From contig JAUCBJ010008811.1 in assembly GCA_032718475.1 (NCBI GenBank), forward strand, positions 54,820 through 118,819: DNA of 64,000 nt, in the 5' to 3' direction. The notes beneath the pieces were generated by a model that saw only the letters and a list, made by a program, of their open reading frames with translations, was not told the origin of the DNA and did not search any database. Source of the stretch: Nemertoderma westbladi (lineage: Eukaryota > Animalia > Xenacoelomorpha). Positions 1-11,567 of the stretch are shown one piece after another (the first letter of the stretch is position 1; each line of letters starts with the position of its first letter). A program made the translations under genes and the position numbers.

Positions 1-775
1 AGCCTTAGCGTATTGTGTATGTGGGCGAACCATTAAAGGAGAGAAAGTGAGCCTTAGCGTATATCTGTATGTGGGCGAACTATTAAAGGAGAGAAAGTGA
101 GCCTTAGCGTATATGTGTATGTGGGCGAAACATTAAAGGAGAGAAAGTGAGCCTTAGCGTATATGTGTATGTGGGCGAATCATTAAAGGAGAGAAAGTGA
201 GCCTTAGCGTATATGTGTATGTGGGCGAAACATTAAAGGAGAGAAAGTGAGCCTTAGCGTATATGTGTATGTGGGCGAACCATTAAAGGAGAGAAAGTGA
301 GACTTAGCGTATGTGTATGTGGGCGAACCACTAAAGGAGAGAAAGTGAGCCTTAGCGTATATGTGTATGTGGGCGAAACATTAAAGGAGAGAAAGTGAGC
401 CTTAGCGTATATGTGTATGTGGGCGAACCATTAAAGGAGAGAAAGTGAGCCTTAGCGTATATGTGTATGTGGGCGAACCATTAAAGGAGAGAAAGTGAGC
501 CTTAGTGCATATGTGTATGTGGGCGAACCATTAAAGGAGAGAAAGTGAGCCTTAGCGTATATGTGTATGTGGGCGAAACATTAAAGGAGAGAAAGTGAGC
601 CTTAGCGTATATGTGTATGTGGGCGAACCATTAAAGGAGAGAAAGTGAGCCTTAGCGTATATGTGTATGTGGGCGAACCACTAAAGGAGAGAAAGTAAGC
701 CTTAGTGTATATGTGTATGTGGGCGAACCATTAAAGGAGAGAATAGCGTATATGTGTATGTGGGCGAACCATTAA
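1..775. repeat. 50-bp tandem repeat (~15 copies, truncated by window start)
   Basis: Unit AGCCTTAGCGTATATGTGTATGTGGGCGAACCATTAAAGGAGAGAAAGTG repeated head-to-tail with no spacers. Confidence 0.97.
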
Positions 776-1036
776 TTCTGGAGTTTCGAATATTTGAACG
801 TTAATAATTTGGTCAATCCTAATTGAAATGTCACCAAACTTGGAAAACATCTCTGTGCAAAATTAACAACCTTATTCCATTTAAAGTTCGTTAAATCTGC
901 AATTTGTCCTATATCTAGGAGTTTGTATTTTTATGAATTCGTTTAGTTTTAACATTATTACCTCAAAATAAATATCAACCCCGCGAAACCTTCCCAAACT
1001 TATTATTATTATTTAGTTTTTTATTTTATAGCAAAC

Positions 1037-3289
1037 ATGCCTAGATCATCAACATTCGTTGACTGTCCTGTCTGCAATAAGAACATGCGCAGTGATAATC
1101 TCAACAAACATCTCGCAACTCATTTTAAACAATATTCATGCGATTGTTGTGGCACCTGGTCCTCCGATAAGAAAACTATGGTTAGCCATCTAGCGCTATG
1201 TACGCAAGGTGGGACTGGGTTCAGATTTATCAACGAAGAAAACACTTGCAAGTGTGGCGAATCATTCACTTTATCAGCCTTTAAAGAACACGATTGCTAT
1301 ACGCGACTCTTCTCTCGGAAACGCAAACAATCTCAAACGCCTTTGTCACCACCACCACCACCTCCACCACCAAACATTCAATCTCCAAGGGTTGGCCCTT
1401 CTACTTCAAGACAACAGACTGGAGGTTCGACCAACAACCCATTTTTACCATCCGTGAATAGCTCATCCCACAACCGCTTATTTACATATACAAACACGTT
1501 ACTTACACCACAATTAGATGTAGAGTTAACACTTAGAGAAAATGAAAGTTATATTTGGGATAGAGTGAGTCAACATTTTAATAATGAATTTAATTTTATA
1601 AAAGTTTGGTTAACTATTTCTATCTTAATGGAAAGGGAGACATCTGAGGGTACTCAATTAGAAACCTTCAGTTTCAAATCAAACGCTTCAAATAATCAAA
1701 TAACTTCTAATTTAGATTTTGAAAACTGGTTTTCGCAAACTATCGAACGAATAGATGAATTAATAGCAGTCTTTGTTTGCATGGGCAGTGGTTGGAATAT
1801 TGTTTCAATCAAAGAAATCAATTTACAAATTTCTACCTTCAATCGCAACCCCTATTTAAAAGGACACGGTGGTGGTTATATTCCTAAAATTTTAGCAAAG
1901 AAACAGTGCATTATTAACTTAGATTGCCCCATCGGGGAATGTTTTAAGTACGCAGTAGTCGCTGCTGCTTGTTATAAAAAAATTGAAAGAAAGAAACAAA
2001 ATATTAGACTATTGTCAACATATACTCCATACATGACCATGTTTGATTTCAGTACGATGAGTTTCCCAGTAGATAGAGTAGTAGGCATTCCACGTTTTTT
2101 AGAAACCAACCCTTTGTACTGCATTAATTTATTATTTTGGAGTACTGATAACATATTGAGCATTCTATCACAACCAAATTCAGAACATTGCTTCCAAAAA
2201 ACTGTTTTAAATTTAATGTTTATAGAAGGTAATCAAAACAATCCAGGACATTACTGCGCAATTGTCAACTTAAATAGACTTATTAATAAATCAGGACAAG
2301 GGACCAAAAAAATTTGTAAGCGTTGTCTGAGAGCTTTTTATACTATTAACTCATTGCAAACTCATCGGGAACTATGTTACACAAGCAAACGACAATTGGA
2401 ACAAATGCCTACACCAGATAAATTAAAAATTAAATTCAATCGATTAGATAAGACTTTATCCCCTCCCTTTTGCATATATGCCGATATTGAAAGTGTTTTA
2501 GAACCTACATCAAACCCTAAATTAGTTCAAAAGCACATTGCTAGCGCCGCCGCATTTTATACAGTACCCAATCGCGAGCTAATAAATCCCCCACAAACAT
2601 CATTGCAAATGTTTAGAGACACTGGAACAAACCATGTTATAGACGATTTTCTCACTGCTCTCGAATCACACTGTAGGGAATTATACGAGTGGACTATTTC
2701 TGGTACAAACACCAATGTTCCTAAACATTTGACTCGAGCACAGCAACAAAATTTTGATAATGCTACAAACTGTTACACTCGTAACTGTTCTCTAACCCCT
2801 GATTCACATGGACTGAATCTAGCAGAAAATCTCAATACTAAAGTTTGTGACCACAACCATCTAACGGGAGCCTATCGTGGAGCGGCATGTGTTAGTTGCA
2901 ACCGCAAACTTTCTCTTAAACGCAATAAATTTTATGTAGTGCTACACAACCTGAGGCATTACGATTCCCATTTAATATTAAAAGAAGGCCTGAAAAACAG
3001 TTCTAGAACTCATTGGCAGATAAATGTAATTCCAAAGAACACTGCGACTTATATCAATATAGAAATATCATTTCCCATAGACAAAACCATGCAGACAGCA
3101 AATGCAAAAGAAAGTATTGTCATCAATCTTCTAGACTCTCTACAGTTCATGACAGCTAGTCTAGATAAGCTAAGTAGTTATCTTACTGCAAACAATTCTG
3201 ATCTAACAAAAGCTATCCCACACACTTTGAAACAAATGAAAAATCTTCATCCCACCAATATTAGCGATTCCAAGGCATGTTTGCTATAA
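1037..3289 (+). pseudogene. Polinton protein-primed DNA polymerase B, N-terminal two-thirds only (Zn fingers, terminal-protein region, exonuclease, endonuclease-VII-like insert)
   Basis: C2H2-like N-terminus; motifs GSGW, CFKYAV, IYADIES (ExoI), DHNHLTGAYRG..C..CN, HNLRHYDSH (ExoII), LDSLQFMTASLDKL. Breaks at ~3269 before the polymerase motifs. Collinear with the copy at 30588-34600. Confidence 0.92.
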
Positions 3290-3408
3290 AATAAAAAAAC
3301 TAAATAATAATAATAAGTTTGGGAAGGTTTCGTAGGGATGGTTTTTATTTTGAGGCAATAATGTTAAAACTAAACGAATTCATAAAAATACAAATTTATT
3401 GTTCTTAC
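3284..3408 (-). other. Putative spliceosomal intron in the pPolB 5' UTR
   Basis: Minus strand reads CAG|GTAAGA at 3408 and TTTTATAG|CAAACATG at 3284. The same acceptor precedes the ATG at 1037, and TTTTCTAG|ATTCAAGATG precedes 30588. Confidence 0.55.
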
Positions 3409-4286
3409 CTGCAGATTGATTCGTGGTATTGGAAAAAGAAAATTGCTCGATTAGGAATAATAAGAAGGAAAATCAAATCACATTGATGTTATAAATGTTT
3501 GCAACAATATATTATTTATAATAATAAATGTATTATGTATAACAATCTTGAAGAAAATATAATATTATGTATAACAATAAATGTATTATAACTTTAAATA
3601 AAAAGTAAAATGGTCAATAATATTTTTGTAAGTAAAGTTCAAAGCGATGGATGGGGGTTTATAAGGGAAAGGGTAACCAATGAAAATAAAAGTGAAGCTT
3701 GTGGGAACCAATAGAAATAAAAAAGAGAGAGAGAGAGATGTGCTATTGGATTGAGCGAATAATAAACACATTTCATTGGGTTCATTAAATGTAAAACATT
3801 AGTTAGGATGGGAAATGGGGTGAATTGAGAAGCGGGGAGTGCGCCGGAGAAAAGTGTATGTAATGAATGGGCTGCTGCGTCAGAATGGGTATGTTAATTA
3901 ATGTTACACTAGAGTATCTGAACAAATATTTTAGGCATGGTATGGCAAGCGTGAGGGGTTATGCATTACTTCAAACAAAAAACTACAGTAACTAGTATAG
4001 AGAAGGTTGGGGGTTAATTTGACACATGGTGTTTGGGTACTGGCTTTGTCGTTGAGCTAATACTCGGAGTGTGCGATTAGGCTCGCGGACTGCTTCGCAA
4101 CACAATGCGAAAGAATGCAATCTATTGCAAGACCAGATGTTTATTCTAATTTCTCTGGCGAATTGACAATGGTTTACATGATAACGAAGCTGGAGTTTAA
4201 ATAATTTAAAATGTGTGGCAGGCCCACGTTGACATAGAGTATAACTCAACATGGGATTCCGTGGGATGCTTAATCCTTCACGCATG

Positions 4287-5225
4287 AGTAGTATGGTAAA
4301 CACCTGGAATAAAACAGCGTCTGCCATAGTCTACCATGTTAAAGAATTTGCCGAACGGCTCTTGCCCCGCCTACTTACTATGATTACCATTGTTGCCCCA
4401 CCCACTTACTATGGTTACCATTGTGCATATGTAACATATGTCACCACTGTGTATATGTGACATATGTGGTATAAGGCCAGTCCACAGACGGAAGTAATTT
4501 AATTAATTTGTGTCAATCGGTAGGCGTTTGACCTTGAACCGCAATAGGTAAAACCCAATATAGTAAGTGGGTTGCAGACGTTTGTTATAAAGTCTTTAAC
4601 ATGATAGACTATTACAGATGCAACAACTAAAAAAGGTGAATAAACACAGACTAACGGTGGCTACCAATATTGTCAAGCAATAAGTTGCGGGGGGCGAGCC
4701 GCGAAGTGAGAATAAGGTATTTATAATATTATTTTAATTTGATTATTCTACCTATGGGGCGAGCCATGAAGTGAGTGATAGCATCGAAGTAAGGTTATTG
4801 TATTTATACTTATCACTACGCAACAAGTTGTGGGGCGAGCCACGAAGTGAGTATAAGGTTATAGTATTTATAATATTATTTTAATTTGATTATTCTACCT
4901 ATGGGGCGAGCCATGAAGTGAGTGGTAGCATCGAAGTAAGGTTATTGTATTTATAATATTATTATTTTAATTTGATCATTTACTTAAATCCGGCACCGCT
5001 TTATTTAAAAATTTCTCCCACCACCCACCCGCTTATCCCGCTATCACCATCCGCCCAATCTTCTTCCTCATCCTCAACATCATTACCACCGCCACCATCA
5101 CCCAACATCCCCATCATTACTTCCAACATTGAAAAAATGGGGCGAGCCATGAAGCGAGTGAAGCCTTAGCATATGGGTGCCATTAATGAGTTGTGGGGCG
5201 AGCTACGACGAAGTAAGGTTATTGT
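4287..5225 (+). repeat. Left terminal inverted repeat of Polinton B
   Basis: Near-identical reverse complement of 20641-21587; contains iterated GGGGCGAGCCAYGAAG modules. Confidence 0.95.
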
Positions 5226-5382
5226 TATATGTGGAGGGGCGAGCCATGTCCTGAGCCTTCACGCAGCACGAAGTAAGCAAAGCCTTTAGCATGTAGGTAC
5301 TATTGTTGAATTTGTTGATTTTATTTATTAACGTTATTATATTACTTTAAATTATTATATTAATTATATTAAATTACTTACA

Positions 5383-5664
5383 TTAATTTTCGGTTGGAGG
5401 TGGCGTATGCGTTTCACCGATCATCCGCGGTGGGCACACACACATCGGTCGCCCCCCTGCGATCGGCAAGACGATCGCCGGGCGCGCTGGGGCCAAATCA
5501 TCATTATACCTGCAGTTTACCTCAATTGAGTGCATCACCCGCACCCTTTGTGCCCACATAACTCTTCTTAGATTCATCCTGTTCCATTTTTCTAAATTAA
5601 ATGTTGGAGGATGATGCTCGAAGGGTTGAACAACTAACGTCGGTTTTTTGCCGCCTTCAGCCAT
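5383..5664 (-). CDS. Small Pro-rich subterminal Polinton ORF, unknown function
   Basis: 93 aa. Positional homolog of 36328-36789 (MAEGGKKPT vs MAAGGDKPT; CVCPP vs CACPP). TATA-like TATATAA upstream at ~5750. Confidence 0.55.
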   Translation of the reverse strand: MAEGGKKPTLVVQPFEHHPPTFNLEKWNRMNLRRVMWAQRVRVMHSIEVNCRYNDDLAPARPAIVLPIAGGRPMCVCPPRMIGETHTPPPTEN

Positions 5665-6323
5665 TGAAATTGAAATTAATAATTAATAAATTAAGAATAA
5701 TATTAAAAATTAAAATAATAAAGTGATGCCGCTATCGTGATTCTCAATGTTATATAGCAAACTACAACAGAACTAATAACTACTTTGGTAAGGCTAATTT
5801 TCTATGCTTCGAAATTTATAGGAAGTTTTTCAAATAAGGCTAATTATCTATGCTTCGTATATGGCTTATTTCTTCTTTTGTGAAACCGGCCACATATGTG
5901 AGTAAATTGAACCCAGAGCTTTGATTGTCATTAGAGCGTTTAATTATTGTCTAATGCGTGTAGCGTGGATAGAGATTCTGGCCTTTGTGTTAACCACATA
6001 GGTTGGGCGGCAGATGCTTGGCATATAACGGAAGAGTTGGGTCCCAATGTGCTCTATACCCAATTATTATATTATTATTCCAGTTTTACCAGCCGCCCAC
6101 ACGTTAAAGAGACCCCCGCGAGGTTTCTGTGATTGACGATAAAAATTAAAAACGAATAGTGCTGCGTGAAGATCCCAACCCACGTCACTTACCGCGTCCC
6201 ATATATTTATTAAAAATATTGCTATTACTATATACCCAAGAAATAAATATTTATTATTAATATTAACGCTAATAATATGTTCACACACCGCAATTGAATA
6301 TACCCATAACCGAAATAAATAAA

Positions 6324-6770
6324 TTATTTTATTAATGAAAGTGTCCACAGTAATAACAATAAATCATTGTACCGCAAATTAGAGGTGAATATATTCATTG
6401 CTCCAGGATTTTTCGGCACCTTGGTTAAATAATACAGGCAAAATAGACCACACTGAGTCGATTGCGGCGCTTGAAACATTTTACGATTCCAAGTATGCCT
6501 TTGGGTACCATATTTATGCAGCCAATATGATATTTTTGGTGGCGGGCGGGGCTTTACCAAACGAATCTAAATAATAAGCAATTCTGTTAACCACGCGTAC
6601 GCAAGACCAGTGTTGTCCTGGTAGGCCTATACGTTGATTATTAATAATAAATGAATAATTTTGTTTATGCTTATTTTTTTTGTGTGTATTAGGTGTAATT
6701 GGTCGATTGCGTAAACACCGATGTATTCGGGCCCCACCGGGAATTTCGCTAATTGTATAGAGTCCAACAT
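6324..6770 (-). pseudogene. Adenain-like (C5) cysteine maturation protease, frameshifted
   Basis: GQHW, YLDSFG and QCG catalytic motifs split across frames; nearly identical to the intact copy at 35149-35586. Confidence 0.9.
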
Positions 6771-6864
6771 CTTAGCGTACGCGTATCATTAAAAGTTTAA
6801 GAGAATTTTTCTAATTCTGCAGGCGGTGTGGCTTCGCTTACTTTGTACTATGCGAGATCTTTAT

Positions 6865-8084
6865 TTATTCGGTTATTATTTCCTTGGCTTCTGAAATAGA
6901 TAGAAGAGCGTCATAGCTTGCCATTAATATAACGTTAATAGTGTTAACTAGCGCATTACTAAATTTCAGAATCAAATGTCCGCTTGTATGTATACTAGGT
7001 TGAATCTCATGGCTTTGATCGCCTCCGGCGGTAAGATCAAATACGATCAAAGGAAATTGGGTACGAAACCGTTCTGGTGTTAGCGAGCAAAATACGCCGC
7101 TCAAGCTCTTGAACACGTTCATTAAACTTTCGAATTCCAACATAAAATTGTTTTCCGGAAAGTTAGGGCGATATGGATACCCGTGTATAATACGGGAGTC
7201 GATGTTTAGTTCGGCATAATTTAAACCGAAATGGTTAAAATGTAGCGGATTACTGCTTAATTCCCCGTTGAAGCTGGCGTTGGTAAGCATTCCAATCAAA
7301 ATATACTTAGGTAATTTCCCTTGGATTATGTTCGATTCTGTATAACTGGACTGCCCGCCACCAATAGTGAAGGTTTTCACTTCTTGTTTTAACAAGTTAT
7401 AAATAAAGTCATTTTTTTGTGACCCCAACAAATGCGCACGCATAACCTCGGCATCAATCCTGTGGCGTTTTATTTTTAAATTAATATTCATGATTTCAAC
7501 TCTTGGGTTTACCAATCCTGCGGGGGGTTCAACTTTCAAAAAAAAATTATTCGATACTCGGTCTATACGAAGTCAAATGTTAATTCCTGGCGGCAGTAAT
7601 TTGTCCTGGCTTGTTAGGTCTAAAAAAATTGGGGCCACAATGAATTTAACATAATTCCCGCGAACGTCATTCTCAGTAGCGACTGGTACCCTGCCTAGAT
7701 TATTATTTGTATCTTCATAACCGCCAGCTCTTAAAATACTGCGTTTTTCGTTAGCATCTGTCAGCAGTAATGTCTGAAACGTAGACTTATAGGCGTAGAA
7801 CCCATTCGAGGTTTCAACTAGCTTTTCATTTAGGTATAACGAACAATTTTCAAATAGTGACCCACCGGGGTAATTGAGATGGTGGAGGGTTGTATCGTCG
7901 TTAGCCCTATTACCATCCCACGTAATTTTATATTTAATGTGAAATTTCGAATTCTTTAAATCAGTATATATTGCCTGGCATTCGCATCAAGAGTAGAAAT
8001 CGGGTAGATATCCAAAAAATGTGAAGATGTATATTCTCGCTGATTTGTTTTACTCGAGAATAATGATAATTCTAATTTACTCAT
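6865..8084 (-). pseudogene. Polinton major capsid protein (double jelly-roll), frameshifted
   Basis: Pieces MSKLELSLF...YPISTL; GGSLFENCSLYLNEKLV...YAYK; DLTSQDKLLPPG; GKLPKYILIGM...FNG...NPLHFNHF...FDLT, typical of Polinton MCP. Confidence 0.85.
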
Positions 8085-8091
8085 TGTTAAG

Positions 8092-8619
8092 TTACATAAA
8101 AATGTCGCGACATTTATTATTTCGCTTTTTACGTTTGCGCCCAACGTTCATACCCACACTTGGGTGTCGCCGTTTCCCGCTCCTCTTTTTTTTACTTTTC
8201 GGGTTTGTAAATTCATTGTATACCCGTTGGGCGATTTGGCGTGTCTTTGGATGAGGTTCTAACCGCGCGGCCACTTTATTTATCAAATCATCTGCTTTAC
8301 TGCGTAAAATACGTTTTCCTTCCGGTATTATGTATTTCCGCGCTACTCTTGCTGCTTTGGGGAGCGCTTTAGTTAGCACCTTTCTCCCTAACTTGCGCGC
8401 TAATATACCGAGGCCAGTTGTTAATATTCCGCGCCCACGCTGACGATTTTGGGTGTATTGCCGCCCGAATTTATTATTCTTATTATTCCATATACCAGTA
8501 GATGGGCCAAACCCTGGGAGAATGCTTCCACCCTTAAAAACGGGTATATCACTATAATTCCCACTTCCCAGTTGGATTTGTGGGGCGCTATATAATTTAA
8601 ACAAATTAGAATCTGACAT
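8092..8619 (-). CDS. Basic Arg/Lys-rich putative core (DNA-condensing) protein
   Basis: 175 aa, very basic, QLGSG and QRGRG motifs, C-terminal ...RDIF, immediately upstream of MCP as is usual in Polintons. Confidence 0.65.
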   Translation of the reverse strand: MSDSNLFKLYSAPQIQLGSGNYSDIPVFKGGSILPGFGPSTGIWNNKNNKFGRQYTQNRQRGRGILTTGLGILARKLGRKVLTKALPKAARVARKYIIPEGKRILRSKADDLINKVAARLEPHPKTRQIAQRVYNEFTNPKSKKKRSGKRRHPSVGMNVGRKRKKRNNKCRDIFM

Positions 8620-8741
8620 TATTATTATGAGTATTTATTATAACGTATAATAATAATTCTTTACTACATACGTATATGTGTAATCAACAAATAATATATG
8701 TACCACATAATAATACAATATAATTAATAAATATATATGCA

Positions 8742-9335
8742 TTAATTTGATGACAACCATTTCCCATAACCAACTGCGAGTTTCATAGAACAGTAATTAA
8801 AACAAGAATCTTTATCAGAATGGTAGGCACAATTTGTTATTCCCGAATAATCATGAAAAAGACATTTGGTGTCATAATCAATATATTTTTCGTTTATGCC
8901 GTACGTTTCTAGAAGTGTTCCATTCACATTAAATTCATTTTTTAAAATAAATAATTTCGGTATTCTGCGTATTAATATTTGAAACCCCAACTGTTTTTTT
9001 TCTTGTAACCATTCCTGTATGTACATTTTAAATGCGCTTTGGTCCATAAATCCGTAGCCAAAATTAATGTGATGCGTAATATTGGCGAGTTGTGTGAGAC
9101 GATCGTATTCGCTTAAACTTATAATTTTTGCGGGTGGACCATTAATAAACCATACGTTTTCTAATGATTTGATGGTAGTATTATAAGCCGCAAACTCTTT
9201 AAAATAAATGGTTGCAACGGCGTGTTGGCCGATCTGCGGATGATGCGTATAATATTGGAAATCTACTATTATTCCCGGGGTTTCCAGCGTCGGGTAATAA
9301 TCACGCCCATGGCTGCGGCTTAGAAATTTATCCAT
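8742..9335 (-). CDS. Conserved Polinton ORF, DnaQ/DEDD-exonuclease-like fold (probably degenerate)
   Basis: IIVDFQY...FKEFA...HHINFGYG...CLFH...C pattern resembling a recurrent Polinton accessory protein. Confidence 0.45.
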   Translation of the reverse strand: MDKFLSRSHGRDYYPTLETPGIIVDFQYYTHHPQIGQHAVATIYFKEFAAYNTTIKSLENVWFINGPPAKIISLSEYDRLTQLANITHHINFGYGFMDQSAFKMYIQEWLQEKKQLGFQILIRRIPKLFILKNEFNVNGTLLETYGINEKYIDYDTKCLFHDYSGITNCAYHSDKDSCFNYCSMKLAVGYGKWLSSN

Positions 9336-9409
9336 ATAGTCGCTATTACTTCAGATAATCAGATAAGAATAAATAATAAATAATTTACATCGATTAAATT
9401 GTGACTATC

Positions 9410-10213
9410 TCAATCAATTCGTATAAAATGAAGCGTCAATATTGAATTTCCATAATGAAAGCGCAACAAATTTCCCGAATCCCCAATCAACCGAACTCGT
9501 ATATAACGTAAATTAGATGTTGAATTAACTTTTTTATAGTAGACTTCCTGAACTTCTCGACTAATAATTTGCCCATATTCCCCTTCTATGGGTATGCCAC
9601 GTAACAGAGGGTATTCGCTATTGTCTACAAATTGAGGTTCGACGCAATTGATATGTATATTTATGTTGGGTTCCAGTATTTCGACAGCATTAGGATGCTT
9701 ATGGCAATTGTACTTATTATTTCGTGAATCAATCCTTAGCAAGTGATAATCCCCTACAGCATTTTGTACACACATAAAACCTTTGCCGTCAACCTCGTGT
9801 TCTGTTAATCCTAGGTAACCACCCAAACGTTTACTGACAAATATCGACAACTGTTTACCTTTAAAATGTATGGTTATATTACCGGAGCGTGCTCTATTAT
9901 CAATTTTATTAATTTGGCCTTTAATAAGGCTTTTGTTGAAGTACTCAATGATCCTTTCCAACGATAGGAAAGATCCTTCGGGGAGAGTAACATCTCTTGT
10001 AAACATTTTTTTATTTTTTATGGCCTTTATATAAATGTCGCTATTGTCATACCTGATACTAGATACGTACGTTATACCAGTTAAACCTACTAACCACTGC
10101 CCTCTAGCGAAAGGTAAAGGAATTTGCAAATTTGTTTGGAAATCGCTGGCGCTATTACGTGGGAATTCTATGGGGTTTGCGTTTGATGGTAGTACAACGT
10201 AATAACTGTTCAT
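9410..10213 (-). CDS. Polinton minor capsid protein (penton)
   Basis: YYVVLPSN...FPRNSASDF...WLVGL N-terminus; CVEPQFV...PLLR...YYK...IRVRL...LHF C-terminus. Confidence 0.85.
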   Translation of the reverse strand: MNSYYVVLPSNANPIEFPRNSASDFQTNLQIPLPFARGQWLVGLTGITYVSSIRYDNSDIYIKAIKNKKMFTRDVTLPEGSFLSLERIIEYFNKSLIKGQINKIDNRARSGNITIHFKGKQLSIFVSKRLGGYLGLTEHEVDGKGFMCVQNAVGDYHLLRIDSRNNKYNCHKHPNAVEILEPNINIHINCVEPQFVDNSEYPLLRGIPIEGEYGQIISREVQEVYYKKVNSTSNLRYIRVRLIGDSGNLLRFHYGNSILTLHFIRID

Positions 10214-10467
10214 TCTTGTAGTTTTTGTCGCCGTTGTTGTTTTTTGAGTTCTAGAACTAAAATTGTTTTACCTCCATGAAAGACTATATGCTTTCCTTTA
10301 TGGTCGCGAAGCGTTATACTAATTGTATCGAGCACTTTTTTATTTTTTAATTGTTTGTAATGTGTGTTTTTGAATTCCTGGTTGATGAATGAGTATGGTT
10401 CCCATTTCAAGGGGATTATCCGCAAAAGAGGCACCATCGAATGTCCTACGTGAGAAGATTCAATCAT
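10210..10467 (-). pseudogene. Second penton paralog, C-terminal remnant
   Basis: VGHSMVPLLRIIP...HYKQL...DTISITLRD..G...F..G..ILVL parallels the penton C-terminus; upstream sequence is decayed. Confidence 0.7.
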
Positions 10468-10857
10468 ATCTGTATATATAAACTATAAGTTATATAAGGT
10501 ATAAGTTTATTTTCTATATAGAGTTTATTATTATCACTCCACCGTACTCTGTCTCGCGAGAATCGCATCAAATAACTCAACAATCGTTTGGCTTTCTGGG
10601 ATGAAATTGTCACACCATCTAGCGGTTATATTATATTATTGCTTTTCTTATTATTATTATTATAAGTATCCATTAATAAAGTAGAAACTAGATACAACTT
10701 CTTAAAATTTCCGAGGCTAATCTCGTTATTTTTCATCGTTATATATCATTATTAATATATTAATACTATATACTAGAGTTCACGTTCATGGACCGATAAT
10801 AACCTAATTTTGGTGAAAGTCTAAACAAGGTGTGAAAATGGTTTTAGCGCGGCGTCG

Positions 10858-11567
10858 CTACTGAGGTATAGACTGAGCCTCAGGGCGTTGGTGAGGTGTG
10901 TTAGAGTTCATATTCGTGGGTTGATAAACAGTTTGCCCTAATGGGTTGAAAATATCACCCCTAACTCTTATACTATCATCCGTTTTTTGATGAAAGTCTA
11001 AGAGAAGGTGTGTGAATGGTTTTTGTGTGGCGTCACTATATGCTTGAACAATAAAATTGCTATTTTTTGGGTACACTTGCCGCGCTATATAGCTTATTTG
11101 ACTTGCGTCGCGGGGATTTTTTGTGAAAATACAATATTGGCATTTAGACTTCTAGTCCGTGTTTCCGCCCCTTTACTGAAGAAATTTTGTGTTATATAGA
11201 TAATGAAACAGGAAGTATGATGGCAGGTTTTTGTGAAGCTTTCTGTCAAACTCTCATCACTCTTACTTTCGCTTAACAAGTCGTCTATAATAATTAGATC
11301 GTTTTCGCGGAAAATAGAATTAATTTTTTGCGGTAAACCTTTGAATAGATGTGTTATACCTGGGAATTCTGGTGGGGTGGCGCCATAAAAGAATAATACA
11401 TGCTTCGGGGTTATATCAAAAACTAAATTTTTATTTTTTACAATTTTTGATACCAGCACTGTTTTTCCGGAAGAACTTGGACCCGCAATAATCATGGCCG
11501 AACCCATCTTGAAAGAGGCGTCGTTTGATGTGATTGGTTCCTGCGATATCGTCGGCTCTCGGGACAT
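10858..11567 (-). pseudogene. FtsK/HerA (A32-like) packaging ATPase, one frameshift near 11115
   Basis: Walker A IIAGPSSSGKT, Walker B IIIDDL, ITQNFF, RTRSLNA; continues in 10858-11076 (PFTHLLLDF...IRVR). Confidence 0.9.

Noticed and set aside
2845-2905. Endonuclease-VII-like insert in pPolB as a novelty
   Set aside because: A known feature of a major Polinton pPolB group.
3992-5169. Short ORFs at 3992, 4251, 4972 and mirror copies at 20697, 21405, 37909
   Set aside because: They lie in or straddle the TIRs or TSD; no coding evidence.
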